The notes: generated from the sequence alone by a model not told the origin. A stretch of 26,427 nt of DNA from a virus (IMGVR_UViG_3300037440_000274:1-26427), one strand, 5' to 3'; shown: positions 1 to 7,471, numbered from the stretch's first letter. Numbers and translations: made by a program.

Positions 1-633
1 TCGGAGGGCGGCTTGGATGCCGCCATGGAGGGCGCCCTCGCCTCATTCCGCCTGGAGATTCAGACCGGCGCGGAGTGGGATGCGACGACTCCGAACGCCG
101 CCGATGCGGAGCGGCAGATTGCGAGCCTGGCCCGCGCCTATGCGCCGCTGATTGCAGAGTCAGAGCCCGTGCTGGTCGAAGCGCTGCTCAAGGCCGCCGT
201 CGGCAACGGCTGGGAGTTGACGGGGACGCTGGACCTCTACACCAGCGCCGGCCATGTTGACGACCTGAAAACAGGCGCCTTGCCGCGACCCCACATGGCG
301 CAGACCGGAGCCTACGCGCTGCTGCTGGAGGCGAACGACCATCCGGTGCGGAGCGCGGGCATCACCTTCATCAAGCGCGTGCGCGCCGCAAAGCCGCAGC
401 CCGCGCCCATCCGCCGCGAGCACGACGTCCAGGTGGCGAAGCGCGTTGCGTTCTCCACCGCCCACGCCATCATCGAGGGTATGGAGCGTTTCGCGGATGG
501 GCCCCGGCGCGGAAGCCCGTACACGATCCCCGCCAACCCAATGTCCCTCATGTGCTCCCGGAAATACTGCCCCGCTTGGGGCACGGGATTTTGCCGGGAG
601 CACGAGCCCGCCCCGCCATCGAAGGAGGAATAG
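1..633 (+). CDS. PD-(D/E)XK nuclease superfamily (RecB/Cas4-like exonuclease), 5'-truncated by the window edge
   Basis: Frame is open from base 1. Motifs GTLDL...DDLKTG...QTGAYALL and a C-terminal Cys cluster CSRKYC-x5-FC. Confidence 0.8.
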   Translation, partial: SEGGLDAAMEGALASFRLEIQTGAEWDATTPNAADAERQIASLARAYAPLIAESEPVLVEALLKAAVGNGWELTGTLDLYTSAGHVDDLKTGALPRPHMAQTGAYALLLEANDHPVRSAGITFIKRVRAAKPQPAPIRREHDVQVAKRVAFSTAHAIIEGMERFADGPRRGSPYTIPANPMSLMCSRKYCPAWGTGFCREHEPAPPSKEE

Positions 634-634
634 A

Positions 635-1711
635 ATGGGCCTCATCAAAAACCGCGCACCGTCTTTGCGCGAGCGCGGAAAGATCAAGATCGGAATCAAA
701 GGCCAGACGCGCAAATCTCAGCAAGGCACCGAGTTCCAGCCGCCGCAGAAACTCGACCACTTCATCCTCACCACGATGGAGACGGGCGCGGATGGGAACT
801 TCGTCCCCGACTCCGAGCTCATGCAGTCCATCGCCGCGCGCACCGGGCAGGACGCCGCGAAGTTGACGCGCATTCCGGTGCAGCTGATGTTCAACGAGAT
901 CGAGCTGAATTTCGCCAGCCGCTACGCCTGCTACACCGGGCGTCTCTGGTGCTCTGGCGACGGCGAGACCGCGCAGCGCATGGGTCCGGACAACCGGATG
1001 CAGGCCGTGCCGTGTACCTGCGAGCGGATCGAACGCGGCTATACCGGCAAGGACAAGTGCAAAATCAACGGCAACCTCGCGGTGCTGATTGACGGCGCGC
1101 CGGGCATCGGCGGCGTATGGCGGTTCCGCACCACGTCGTTCAACTCAACCGACTCCTTGCTGGCGAGCATGGCCTTCATCTTTCGGATCGCCAGCGGAAA
1201 GCTCTCCGGCCTGCCGCTGGAGCTGGTCGTGACGCCGAAGAAAGTAGCCGACCCGCAAGGCAAACAGCAGACCGTGTACGTGGTGGGATTGGAGTATGCT
1301 GGCTCGATCAACGACCTGCGCTCCGCTGGAATCCAGATCGCGCGCGAGGAAACGGAAGCGCGCCTCCAGATCGAGACGATGGAAGTCCAGATGCGCCGCA
1401 TGTTCGCGCCCTCGCCCGACGCGGTGTTCGCGTCGGACGACCCTGAGGACGTGGCGGACGAGTTCTATCCAGACGCGCAAAGCGCCGGCCATGGCGGAGA
1501 CGCGCCGATCATCGTCGAGCCGGTGGACGAGGAAGACGAGGGCGCGCCAGCCCCGGTGCCAGGACAGCCCGTTGCCGACAAGCCCAAGCGCGGGCGCAAG
1601 CCCAAGGCCGCCCCCGCGCTGGCGCCGGAGCAACCCACCGCAACGCCCGCATCGGTGCCGCCGCCCGCGCCTATCGCGCAAGCCGCTCCCGTGCTGGGCG
1701 ACCCGTTCTGA
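635..1711 (+). CDS. phiC31 gp3-like (recombination directionality factor-like) protein, 358 aa
   Basis: ATG 635 follows AAGGAGG. N-terminal LRERGKIKIG...PQKLDHF, conserved Cys (WCSGDG, CTC, CK), GGVWRFRTTSFNS, and an acidic/Pro-rich disordered tail. Confidence 0.7.
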   Translation: MGLIKNRAPSLRERGKIKIGIKGQTRKSQQGTEFQPPQKLDHFILTTMETGADGNFVPDSELMQSIAARTGQDAAKLTRIPVQLMFNEIELNFASRYACYTGRLWCSGDGETAQRMGPDNRMQAVPCTCERIERGYTGKDKCKINGNLAVLIDGAPGIGGVWRFRTTSFNSTDSLLASMAFIFRIASGKLSGLPLELVVTPKKVADPQGKQQTVYVVGLEYAGSINDLRSAGIQIAREETEARLQIETMEVQMRRMFAPSPDAVFASDDPEDVADEFYPDAQSAGHGGDAPIIVEPVDEEDEGAPAPVPGQPVADKPKRGRKPKAAPALAPEQPTATPASVPPPAPIAQAAPVLGDPF

Positions 1712-1953
1712 TGCGCGTACAGAGCGTAGTCCCCGTAACATGGCGCGGGGCCAAGCCCGCGTCTCGCCGCATCCATTGGGCGACGACGGCCACGCGCACG
1801 GCCTGCAATCGCGCGATAGGCGATGGAGCGGGCTACGCGCACGGTGCGCTGGTGTCATGCAAGCAATGTGCGGCGTTCAACACGCGCGCCGCTCACCACA
1901 ACCAGCTGATCCGAGCCCAGCACAAGCCAGGCCGGAAGCCAAAGGAGAGATAG
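1711..1953 (+). CDS. Small putative Zn-binding hypothetical protein, 80 aa
   Basis: TGATG coupling to the upstream gene. H...TAC...CKQC pattern. Confidence 0.6.
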   Translation: MRVQSVVPVTWRGAKPASRRIHWATTATRTACNRAIGDGAGYAHGALVSCKQCAAFNTRAAHHNQLIRAQHKPGRKPKER

Positions 1954-1954
1954 C

Positions 1955-3643
1955 ATGCAACTGACGATCCGAAATTTCCGGGGCGTTTCCCATGCGGAAA
2001 TCACCCTGACCCCGCTCGCCCTGGTATGCGGGCCGAACGCGAGCGGCAAGTCCAGTATCGCCCAGGCGCTCGCCGCCCTGCTGTCCGGGCAGGTGTTGCC
2101 CCTGGAGGGACTGCGTAAGGCGGACGCGGCGATGCTCGTGCGCAGCGGCGGCGGCGCGTCGCAGATAGCGCTTGAGCGGAAAGACGAGCGCGGCGAGTCT
2201 CGCGCGGCCATCGCCTACCCGCAGGCCAAGCTGACCACGGAGGGCGCGGTTATCCTGTCGTCGCCCATCGCGTGCGGCCTGGAATCGTTGACGGAAATGG
2301 ACGCCAAGCAAGCGGCGTCCACCATGATCCGATACCTCAACGCGCAGCCCCGCCGCGAAGACCTGGACTCCGAGTTGACCAAGATCGGACTCAGCCCGGA
2401 GCACTGCGAAAAACTCTGGAACATGATCCAGGAGTCGGGATGGGATGGCGCGCACGCGCACGCCAAAGAGACGGGCGTAAAGTTCAAGGGCCAGTGGGAG
2501 GAGGCGACCGCGGGCGAGCGCTACGGCTCCAACAAAGCGGAGTCGTGGCTTCCCGCCGGCTGGGAAACCGACCTGACCGGCGCGTCGGAAACCAGCCTGC
2601 AAGCCGCCGTGACCCAGGCGCGCGAGTTCGCGGACGCGGCGGTGGCCACAACGGCCATCAGCGACGAGCGGCGACGCGAGTTGCAGAACGCAGCCAACCT
2701 CGTGGCCGTGCTGCGCCCCAAGCTGGCGGAGGCGCAGAAAGACGCGGACGCCGCCGCGCTGGCGCTCAAGGGTCTCGCGCAGAGCCGCGCAGAGATGCCC
2801 AAGCCCGTCGCGCAGGAACAGACCTGCCCGTGCCCCCACTGCGCAAAGCCCGTCGTGATTCGGGGCCAGGCGCTCCACGCTCCGGCAGGCGGAGACACCG
2901 AACAGGACGCCGCGCGGGCCAGGGCGTTGGCGGAGATTGACCAGCGCGTGCAAGAGTGGAACAAGGTCTATCAGCCGTTGCCGGAAGAGATTCGCCGGCT
3001 CACGGCAGACCTGGCGGTGGCGGAGCGGGCGGCCAAGGAACTGGCGGGCGCCAACGTCGGCGCCTCAGGCGGCGCAGACGCGGACGCGCTCGAACGGGCG
3101 CGGCGCGACGTGCAACGCGCGGAAGCCCGGCTATCCGCGCACAAGGCCAAGCTGCGCGCGGATACGCTGCATCGCAGCATCGCCCGCAATCAGGCCGTGG
3201 TCGCGCTGCTGGCGGCGGACGGACTGCGCCTGGGCAAGCTGCGCGGGGCGATCAAGGAGTTCAACGGCGCGCTGGCGCCGCTCTGCCAGACCGCGCAGTG
3301 GGGCGTCGTCTCTCTATCGGACGACCTGACCGCGTGGTACGATGGGCGTCCGTGGACGCTGCTTTCCGTGTCCGAGCGGATGCGCGTGCGGGTCACGCTG
3401 CAAGCGCGCATGGCCGTGATGGACGGGGCTCACGCGCTGGTGTTCGACGCCGCCGACACGCTGGATCGCGCGGGCCGCAACGGGCTGATGCGCCTGATTC
3501 GCAGCGTCGGAGTTCCCGCGCTGGTTTGCATGACCATCGTTCCCGCGCTCGGCCAACCCGACGCGCGAGCTCAAGCGCCCGTCCTCAAAGGCGAGGCGGG
3601 TCGCACGTACTGGGTCGAAGGCGGAACCGTGGAGGCGCTATGA
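1955..3643 (+). CDS. Rad50/SbcC/SMC-like ATPase with coiled coil and Zn-hook, 562 aa
   Basis: IRNFRG, Walker A GPNASGKS, coiled coils flanking CPHC, signature-like LSVSE, Walker B-like LVFDAADTLD. RBS AAGGAG. Confidence 0.85.
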   Translation: MQLTIRNFRGVSHAEITLTPLALVCGPNASGKSSIAQALAALLSGQVLPLEGLRKADAAMLVRSGGGASQIALERKDERGESRAAIAYPQAKLTTEGAVILSSPIACGLESLTEMDAKQAASTMIRYLNAQPRREDLDSELTKIGLSPEHCEKLWNMIQESGWDGAHAHAKETGVKFKGQWEEATAGERYGSNKAESWLPAGWETDLTGASETSLQAAVTQAREFADAAVATTAISDERRRELQNAANLVAVLRPKLAEAQKDADAAALALKGLAQSRAEMPKPVAQEQTCPCPHCAKPVVIRGQALHAPAGGDTEQDAARARALAEIDQRVQEWNKVYQPLPEEIRRLTADLAVAERAAKELAGANVGASGGADADALERARRDVQRAEARLSAHKAKLRADTLHRSIARNQAVVALLAADGLRLGKLRGAIKEFNGALAPLCQTAQWGVVSLSDDLTAWYDGRPWTLLSVSERMRVRVTLQARMAVMDGAHALVFDAADTLDRAGRNGLMRLIRSVGVPALVCMTIVPALGQPDARAQAPVLKGEAGRTYWVEGGTVEAL

Positions 3644-3861
3644 TCCCGGAACGGCGCAAGGGCCAGTCGAATAGTTGGCGCGTTTGTGCCGGATGCGCGC
3701 GGAGGGTGGGGCTTGCGCCTATGATGTTTCAACTTGCGCCCGGCCAAGCCGACGTTGAGCGCGGATCGGGAGGAGTCGTCCACGTGTGGAATCGCAGCGT
3801 TCCGGCCAAGGCAGGGTACTGCCTTGGCGTTTCCGACCGCCGCAAACAAAAGGAATCCTGA
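3640..3861 (+). CDS. Hypothetical protein with CxxC, 73 aa (MIPERRKG...)
   Basis: GGAGG RBS, ATGA overlap with the ATPase stop, TGATG coupling to the next gene. Confidence 0.55.
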   Translation: MIPERRKGQSNSWRVCAGCARRVGLAPMMFQLAPGQADVERGSGGVVHVWNRSVPAKAGYCLGVSDRRKQKES

Positions 3862-4031
3862 TGGACACCTTCTGGCACTGGCTTCAAATCTTCGGCGCGT
3901 TCTTCGCCGCTGGCGCGCTGGCGCTCGGCGCCCTGGCCGAGTGGGCGGCGTGGTTCAACCGGCGGCGCGCCATCCATGGCGAGCGAGCGAGAAAGCTGCG
4001 GTCCGACATCTACGCCGGGAGAAAACCATGA
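3861..4031 (+). CDS. Small single-TM membrane protein, 56 aa (MDTFWHWLQIFG...)
   Basis: AAGGA RBS, hydrophobic N-terminus followed by RRR, translationally coupled at both ends. Confidence 0.65.
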   Translation: MDTFWHWLQIFGAFFAAGALALGALAEWAAWFNRRRAIHGERARKLRSDIYAGRKP

Positions 4032-4197
4032 CACTCCGAGAACTGCTGACCGCCATCGTCGCGCACCGTCCCTCCTGCGCTCCGACCGCTGGCACGATTC
4101 GGTTTCTCTCTGCGGCGTGGATCCGGACGTGATCCGGGAAGAGCTCAAGCGCCGCTACCCATGGATGCGAGGAAAAGACGATGGAACCGATGCGTGA
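4028..4197 (+). pseudogene. Possibly frameshifted or internally deleted small gene
   Basis: The coupled start MTLRELLTAIVAH (4028) stops at 4132, while a protein-like C-terminus LLRSDRWHDSVSLCGVDPDVIREELKRRYPW lies in another frame ending at 4197. Confidence 0.35.
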
Positions 4198-4348
4198 CTC
4201 CGACTGCCCGCACCCGCAATGGCTGGTGAAGGGCCGCACGGACGATGGGCGCGTAATCAACGAGTGCATGGACTGCGGCCACGTCGAACACCTGGCGCCG
4301 GAGGATGCGGCGCTGTTTCGCAGCGAACCTGACGCCCCGGAGGGCTAG
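4181..4348 (+). CDS. Small Zn-ribbon protein, 55 aa (MEPMRDSDCPHPQW...ECMDCGH...RSEPDAPEG), not in the ORF track
   Basis: Translated by hand. GAGG RBS, CPH and CxxCGH motifs, stop immediately before ATG 4349. Confidence 0.65.
   Translation: MEPMRDSDCPHPQWLVKGRTDDGRVINECMDCGHVEHLAPEDAALFRSEPDAPEG
4319..4347 (+). repeat. 29-bp direct repeat, copy 1 (gene end plus RBS)
   Basis: CGCAGCGAACCTGACGCCCCGGAGGGCTA, 27/29 identical to 4652-4680. Confidence 0.9.
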
Positions 4349-4681
4349 ATGAATGCGACCATCCTTGTCCTGCTTATGCTTGCTGCTGGTGTCGTGCTCG
4401 TTGCAGTCGTCGCAGGCATGGCCGCCGCGCTCCGCACCTACAGCGACGATCACGGCTGGTGGTGCGGAGGGGACTGCGACTGTCGTTTGGCTATCAGCTC
4501 GGCCCAGCGCGAGCCTGAAACCTACGCTGAGCGGGTCTGTCGAGAGTACGATGAATGGAGATGGAGGGAGGAGCAATCCGCAGACACAAGGCGACTACAG
4601 TGGAACCATTTCAGTTGCAGATGGGATGAATGCCCGTTCCACAGCGGGCCGCGCAGCGAACTTGACGCCCAGGAGGGCTAA
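4349..4681 (+). CDS. N-terminal TM, Cys/Trp-rich protein with HGW-x5-CDC motif, 110 aa
   Basis: GGAGG 5 nt upstream, 25-aa hydrophobic stretch, ends RSELDAQEG within repeat copy 2. Confidence 0.55.
   Translation: MNATILVLLMLAAGVVLVAVVAGMAAALRTYSDDHGWWCGGDCDCRLAISSAQREPETYAERVCREYDEWRWREEQSADTRRLQWNHFSCRWDECPFHSGPRSELDAQEG
4652..4680 (+). repeat. 29-bp direct repeat, copy 2
   Basis: CGCAGCGAACTTGACGCCCAGGAGGGCTA. Confidence 0.9.
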
Positions 4682-4682
4682 C

Positions 4683-4877
4683 ATGGATGCGCCATCTATT
4701 GCCGCTATTGTTAGTGTCTGCGTTATCATCCTCGTCGCCGCCGCCATCTGCATTGTTATCTACTTCGGCGACCTTCTTCGATTCGAGTCCAGAAGTCACG
4801 GCTGGCTCTTCGCCCACAGTTGCGACTGCCAGAGTGACGCTCCGCACGACGCTCCGCACGACGCTCCGCGCGATTGA
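4683..4877 (+). CDS. Small TM protein, 64 aa, paralog of 4349-4681 (HGW-x5-CDC), overlapping the transglycosylase ORF
   Basis: GGAGG 6 nt upstream. MDAPSIAAIVSVCVIILVAAAICIVIYF TM segment, and HGWLFAHSCDC matches HGWWCGGDCDC. Confidence 0.45.
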   Translation: MDAPSIAAIVSVCVIILVAAAICIVIYFGDLLRFESRSHGWLFAHSCDCQSDAPHDAPHDAPRD

Positions 4878-5334
4878 AGCCGAGCACGGCCTGCCGGTGG
4901 GTATGCTCCGCGCCGTGTGGTCGCGCGAGTGCTCAATGCAGGACCCGTGTCCAGACGGCGATGCGGGCGAGCGCGGTCCGATGCAGGTCATGCCCAGGAC
5001 GGCGGGAGATATAAGCTGCGCCGATGGATGGGAGTCCGGGGCCGAGAATTTCCGGTGCGCGGCGATCTATCTGCGCAGCAGGGTCGAACGATGCGGCCCG
5101 CGCATGGAGGCGCTAGGAGCGTACAACGCTGGCAATCGGTGCCCACGATCTAGCTACGCTCAGGACGTGTACGGGCGGATGTTTTCATGGAGCCCAAAAT
5201 ACTCTGACGCCCTCCTTGGTCGGGTAGTGGTTACGGGTCAGCCCAGCAGCTTCATTCCTGCAAAAGTTCCACCTGGCCCAACTTCGCGTCCGTCGGACGC
5301 GCCGTTGGTTTGCGAGACGAGAAGCTCAAAATAA
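4687..5334 (+). CDS. Lytic transglycosylase (SLT family), probably exported
   Basis: HGLPVGMLRAVWSREC (catalytic Glu position), GPMQVMP and ALGAYNAG motifs. Signal-peptide-like MRHLLPLLLVSA and an S/T/P linker. Alternative in-frame GTG at 4834. Confidence 0.85.
   Translation: MRHLLPLLLVSALSSSSPPPSALLSTSATFFDSSPEVTAGSSPTVATARVTLRTTLRTTLRAIEAEHGLPVGMLRAVWSRECSMQDPCPDGDAGERGPMQVMPRTAGDISCADGWESGAENFRCAAIYLRSRVERCGPRMEALGAYNAGNRCPRSSYAQDVYGRMFSWSPKYSDALLGRVVVTGQPSSFIPAKVPPGPTSRPSDAPLVCETRSSK
4836..4871 (+). repeat. 3 x 12-bp tandem repeat GACGCTCCGCAC
   Basis: Read directly. Encodes TLRT repeats in the SLT frame and DAPH repeats in the overlapping frame. Confidence 0.9.
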
Positions 5335-6056
5335 TCCCCCGGTGTGACGACCAGCATTGGTGTAGCCAACACGGCGCTGGGGCGGATGTTGAGTGATGTG
5401 GATGGCCGCGCTTCAAAGTATGGAGCGCCATTGAAGTCTGCTCCATTTTTGGTCAGCCTCGCCCCATACGGGTTGTAGTCGCTGTTGATTTCAAATCGAA
5501 AGCCCGCTTGTAACTGGACGCGCGTTATTCCCGCCGGAACGGTCAGCCGGGTGGGGTTACCGCCCCCGATCTGAAGAATGTTGTCGGTGTCGTAAGTCGC
5601 CACCGTCCAGATGATCGCTGTTTCGACGCCGCTGCTTATATCTTGCCCGACGCTGAGGGTGGCGAGCGCGCCGCCCGTTTGCAGCGTGGCCACGTCCGCT
5701 TGCAGCGTGGCCACGTCCGCTTGCAGCGTGGCCACGTCCGCTTGCAGCGTGGCCACGTCCGTTTGCAGCGTGGCCACGTCCATTTGCGACACGACTTCAA
5801 CGTCGCGCCACGTCACGGTGTCTAGCCCCACCGTCGCGTCAATGCGGTAGCGGTCCACCGCCATGTAGGCGCGGAACGATCCGTCCGCGTTGCCCGTGAA
5901 GGGATTGGAAATCCCAACCGTCAGCGCGTAGTCGGAAAACAGCGATGCGTCGCCGCCGTCGGACTCGCGCCGGATGCGCACCGACGGCGAGGCGAGCACG
6001 CGAATGTCGCCGTCAACCTCAAGCGCGGCGAGCCCGTTGAAAACTCCGGCGGTCAT
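5238..6056 (-). CDS. Putative trimeric fibre/receptor-binding protein (virion-attachment N-domain, heptad stalk, beta-sandwich head), 272 aa
   Basis: N-terminal LFSD...SNPFTGNADGSF motif as seen in tailspike attachment domains, (DVATLQA/T)x5 coiled coil, and a C1q-like C-terminus (RLTVPAG...TPGDYFELLV). Confidence 0.7.
   Translation of the reverse strand: MTAGVFNGLAALEVDGDIRVLASPSVRIRRESDGGDASLFSDYALTVGISNPFTGNADGSFRAYMAVDRYRIDATVGLDTVTWRDVEVVSQMDVATLQTDVATLQADVATLQADVATLQADVATLQTGGALATLSVGQDISSGVETAIIWTVATYDTDNILQIGGGNPTRLTVPAGITRVQLQAGFRFEINSDYNPYGARLTKNGADFNGAPYFEARPSTSLNIRPSAVLATPMLVVTPGDYFELLVSQTNGASDGREVGPGGTFAGMKLLG
5677..5781 (-). repeat. 5 x 21-bp tandem repeat encoding coiled-coil heptads
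   Basis: G(C/T)TTGCAGCGTGGCCACGTCC x5 on the + strand. Confidence 0.95.
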
Positions 6057-6487
6057 TGTGCGGGCTCCGAAACGTCGCAGCCGACAGTGGCGAGTAGGTC
6101 GCGGCGGCGCTGGTACTCTGCCGCGCCGGTGTGCTGGATTGCGGCCTCCAGCGTCAGCCGATCATTGACCAGTTGCGCAATCGCCTCCGCCGCTTGGCGC
6201 GGAACGCCCGCACATTGCAGAGCGATTTGCGCGCGCGTGAACGCCTCCGCCGCTGCCGCTCCGATCAGCGCGTCAACCGCCGCCTCCATCGCCTCGCACT
6301 CGCGCACGTCGAAGGCCGCGCGCCCACCGTCGGACGAGCCTGCCGGCTCCGCGAACTCCGGCGCGGAACTGACGTTCCAGGGCCAGGATTGGCCCGAGCA
6401 CGAGGCAAGCGAAAAAAGCAGGGCGAGCACGGCAAGCTGCCAGCGGACAGCGCGGGCGAAGCCGCGCGTGAACAGTGGACGGATCAT
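6053..6487 (-). CDS. Lipoprotein, 144 aa (spanin-like position in the lysis cassette)
   Basis: GAGG RBS, MIRPLFTR...LAVLALLFSLAS-C lipobox, three further Cys, ATGA overlap with the next gene. Confidence 0.65.
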   Translation of the reverse strand: MIRPLFTRGFARAVRWQLAVLALLFSLASCSGQSWPWNVSSAPEFAEPAGSSDGGRAAFDVRECEAMEAAVDALIGAAAAEAFTRAQIALQCAGVPRQAAEAIAQLVNDRLTLEAAIQHTGAAEYQRRRDLLATVGCDVSEPAQ

Positions 6488-6501
6488 GGCGGACCTCGCT
6501 G

Positions 6502-6792
6502 TCAGTCGTTGTGCGGATCGTCCATCGCTGGTTGTGGCGGCGTGTCGTCTCCGCCGGGGAGCGGGCCGGTCGTGACCGCGCGCAGCGCGAGGTTCACCCC
6601 GACCAGGAGCATCGCCACCACGGCGTCCACGACCTCGCCGGGCACGTCCAGTCCCATGCGCGCGACGCCCCATGCGACGATCACGGTGAGGTTGGTTGTC
6701 ACCGTTTTGGTTCCGGGCGGCGGCGCATGACCCGTCGCCATCGCCTTGTATCCCTGGTACGCGGCCAGGGCGAGTTGCAGGACAGCGTTCAT
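6502..6792 (-). CDS. Putative holin, 96 aa
   Basis: GAGGGAG RBS, two hydrophobic segments ending NLALRAVTTGP, located downstream of the amidase. Confidence 0.6.
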   Translation of the reverse strand: MNAVLQLALAAYQGYKAMATGHAPPPGTKTVTTNLTVIVAWGVARMGLDVPGEVVDAVVAMLLVGVNLALRAVTTGPLPGGDDTPPQPAMDDPHND

Positions 6793-6794
6793 GC

Positions 6795-7052
6795 TCAACT
6801 CCCTCGAATGAAAGTCCACAACGCGACACCCGCGCCGGCCAGCATGGCCCAGCCGGTGACGAGTCCGTAGCGCCAGAACTCCAACGCGCGCAGCCGGCCC
6901 GAGTGATTGTTCAGCCGCTCCACAACATCCTCGCGGAGGCGGGACTGCTCCTGCTGGACGCCGCGCATCGCTTCTTCCAGGCGCGCGAGCGTTTGCCCTT
7001 GCTTTACCTGTTCGGCGCGCAGCTCGCGAACGTCCTGAAGCGTCGGCTCCAT
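6795..7052 (-). CDS. XhlA-like coiled-coil protein with C-terminal TM, 85 aa
   Basis: TGATG coupling to the amidase. Heptad pattern ending RLRALE, then one TM helix. Confidence 0.65.
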   Translation of the reverse strand: MEPTLQDVRELRAEQVKQGQTLARLEEAMRGVQQEQSRLREDVVERLNNHSGRLRALEFWRYGLVTGWAMLAGAGVALWTFIRGS

Positions 7053-7471
7053 CAGGCGCCACCCGCGCCCGCCCACCACGACCGCACGTCGAAGCCTGGG
7101 CATTCGGTTGCCGCCAAGTCGCGGTGCCCCATCACGGCGGCGCACGGCAGGGCGTAGAGCCCGCACAACCAGCGCAGCGTCACGGTCAAGGCGGAGATTT
7201 GCGCGGGCGTGAACAGGCCGCCCTCGCCCACCATGCAGATACCGAGCGTGTCATGGTTGTGGTCCTTGGCGTGCGCGCCTTGTTCCTCGTGCGGACGGCC
7301 GGCCTTGACCTCGCCGCTGCGCTCGATCACGTAATGGTAGCCCACGTCGCGCCAGCCGTTGCGTTCGACGTGGAACCGCTTGATCGCCTCCATACTGTCC
7401 AGCGGGCCGAAGTCCGGCACGGCCCCGAGCGCGGAGTGGTGGACGATGATGCGGTTGATCTTGCGGGTCAT
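7052..7471 (-). CDS. Endolysin: N-acetylmuramoyl-L-alanine amidase (Amidase_2, T7 lysozyme-like), 139 aa
   Basis: IIVHHS, GWRDVGYHY, GAHA, LGIC and GHRD...ECPG Zn-amidase motifs. AGGAG RBS. Confidence 0.93.
   Translation of the reverse strand: MTRKINRIIVHHSALGAVPDFGPLDSMEAIKRFHVERNGWRDVGYHYVIERSGEVKAGRPHEEQGAHAKDHNHDTLGICMVGEGGLFTPAQISALTVTLRWLCGLYALPCAAVMGHRDLAATECPGFDVRSWWAGAGGA

Noticed and set aside
1-633. Cas4 of a CRISPR-Cas system
   Set aside because: No other cas genes or array are present. The context is a phage recombination module.
5677-5781. CRISPR array
   Set aside because: The units are contiguous with no spacers and encode in-frame heptads.
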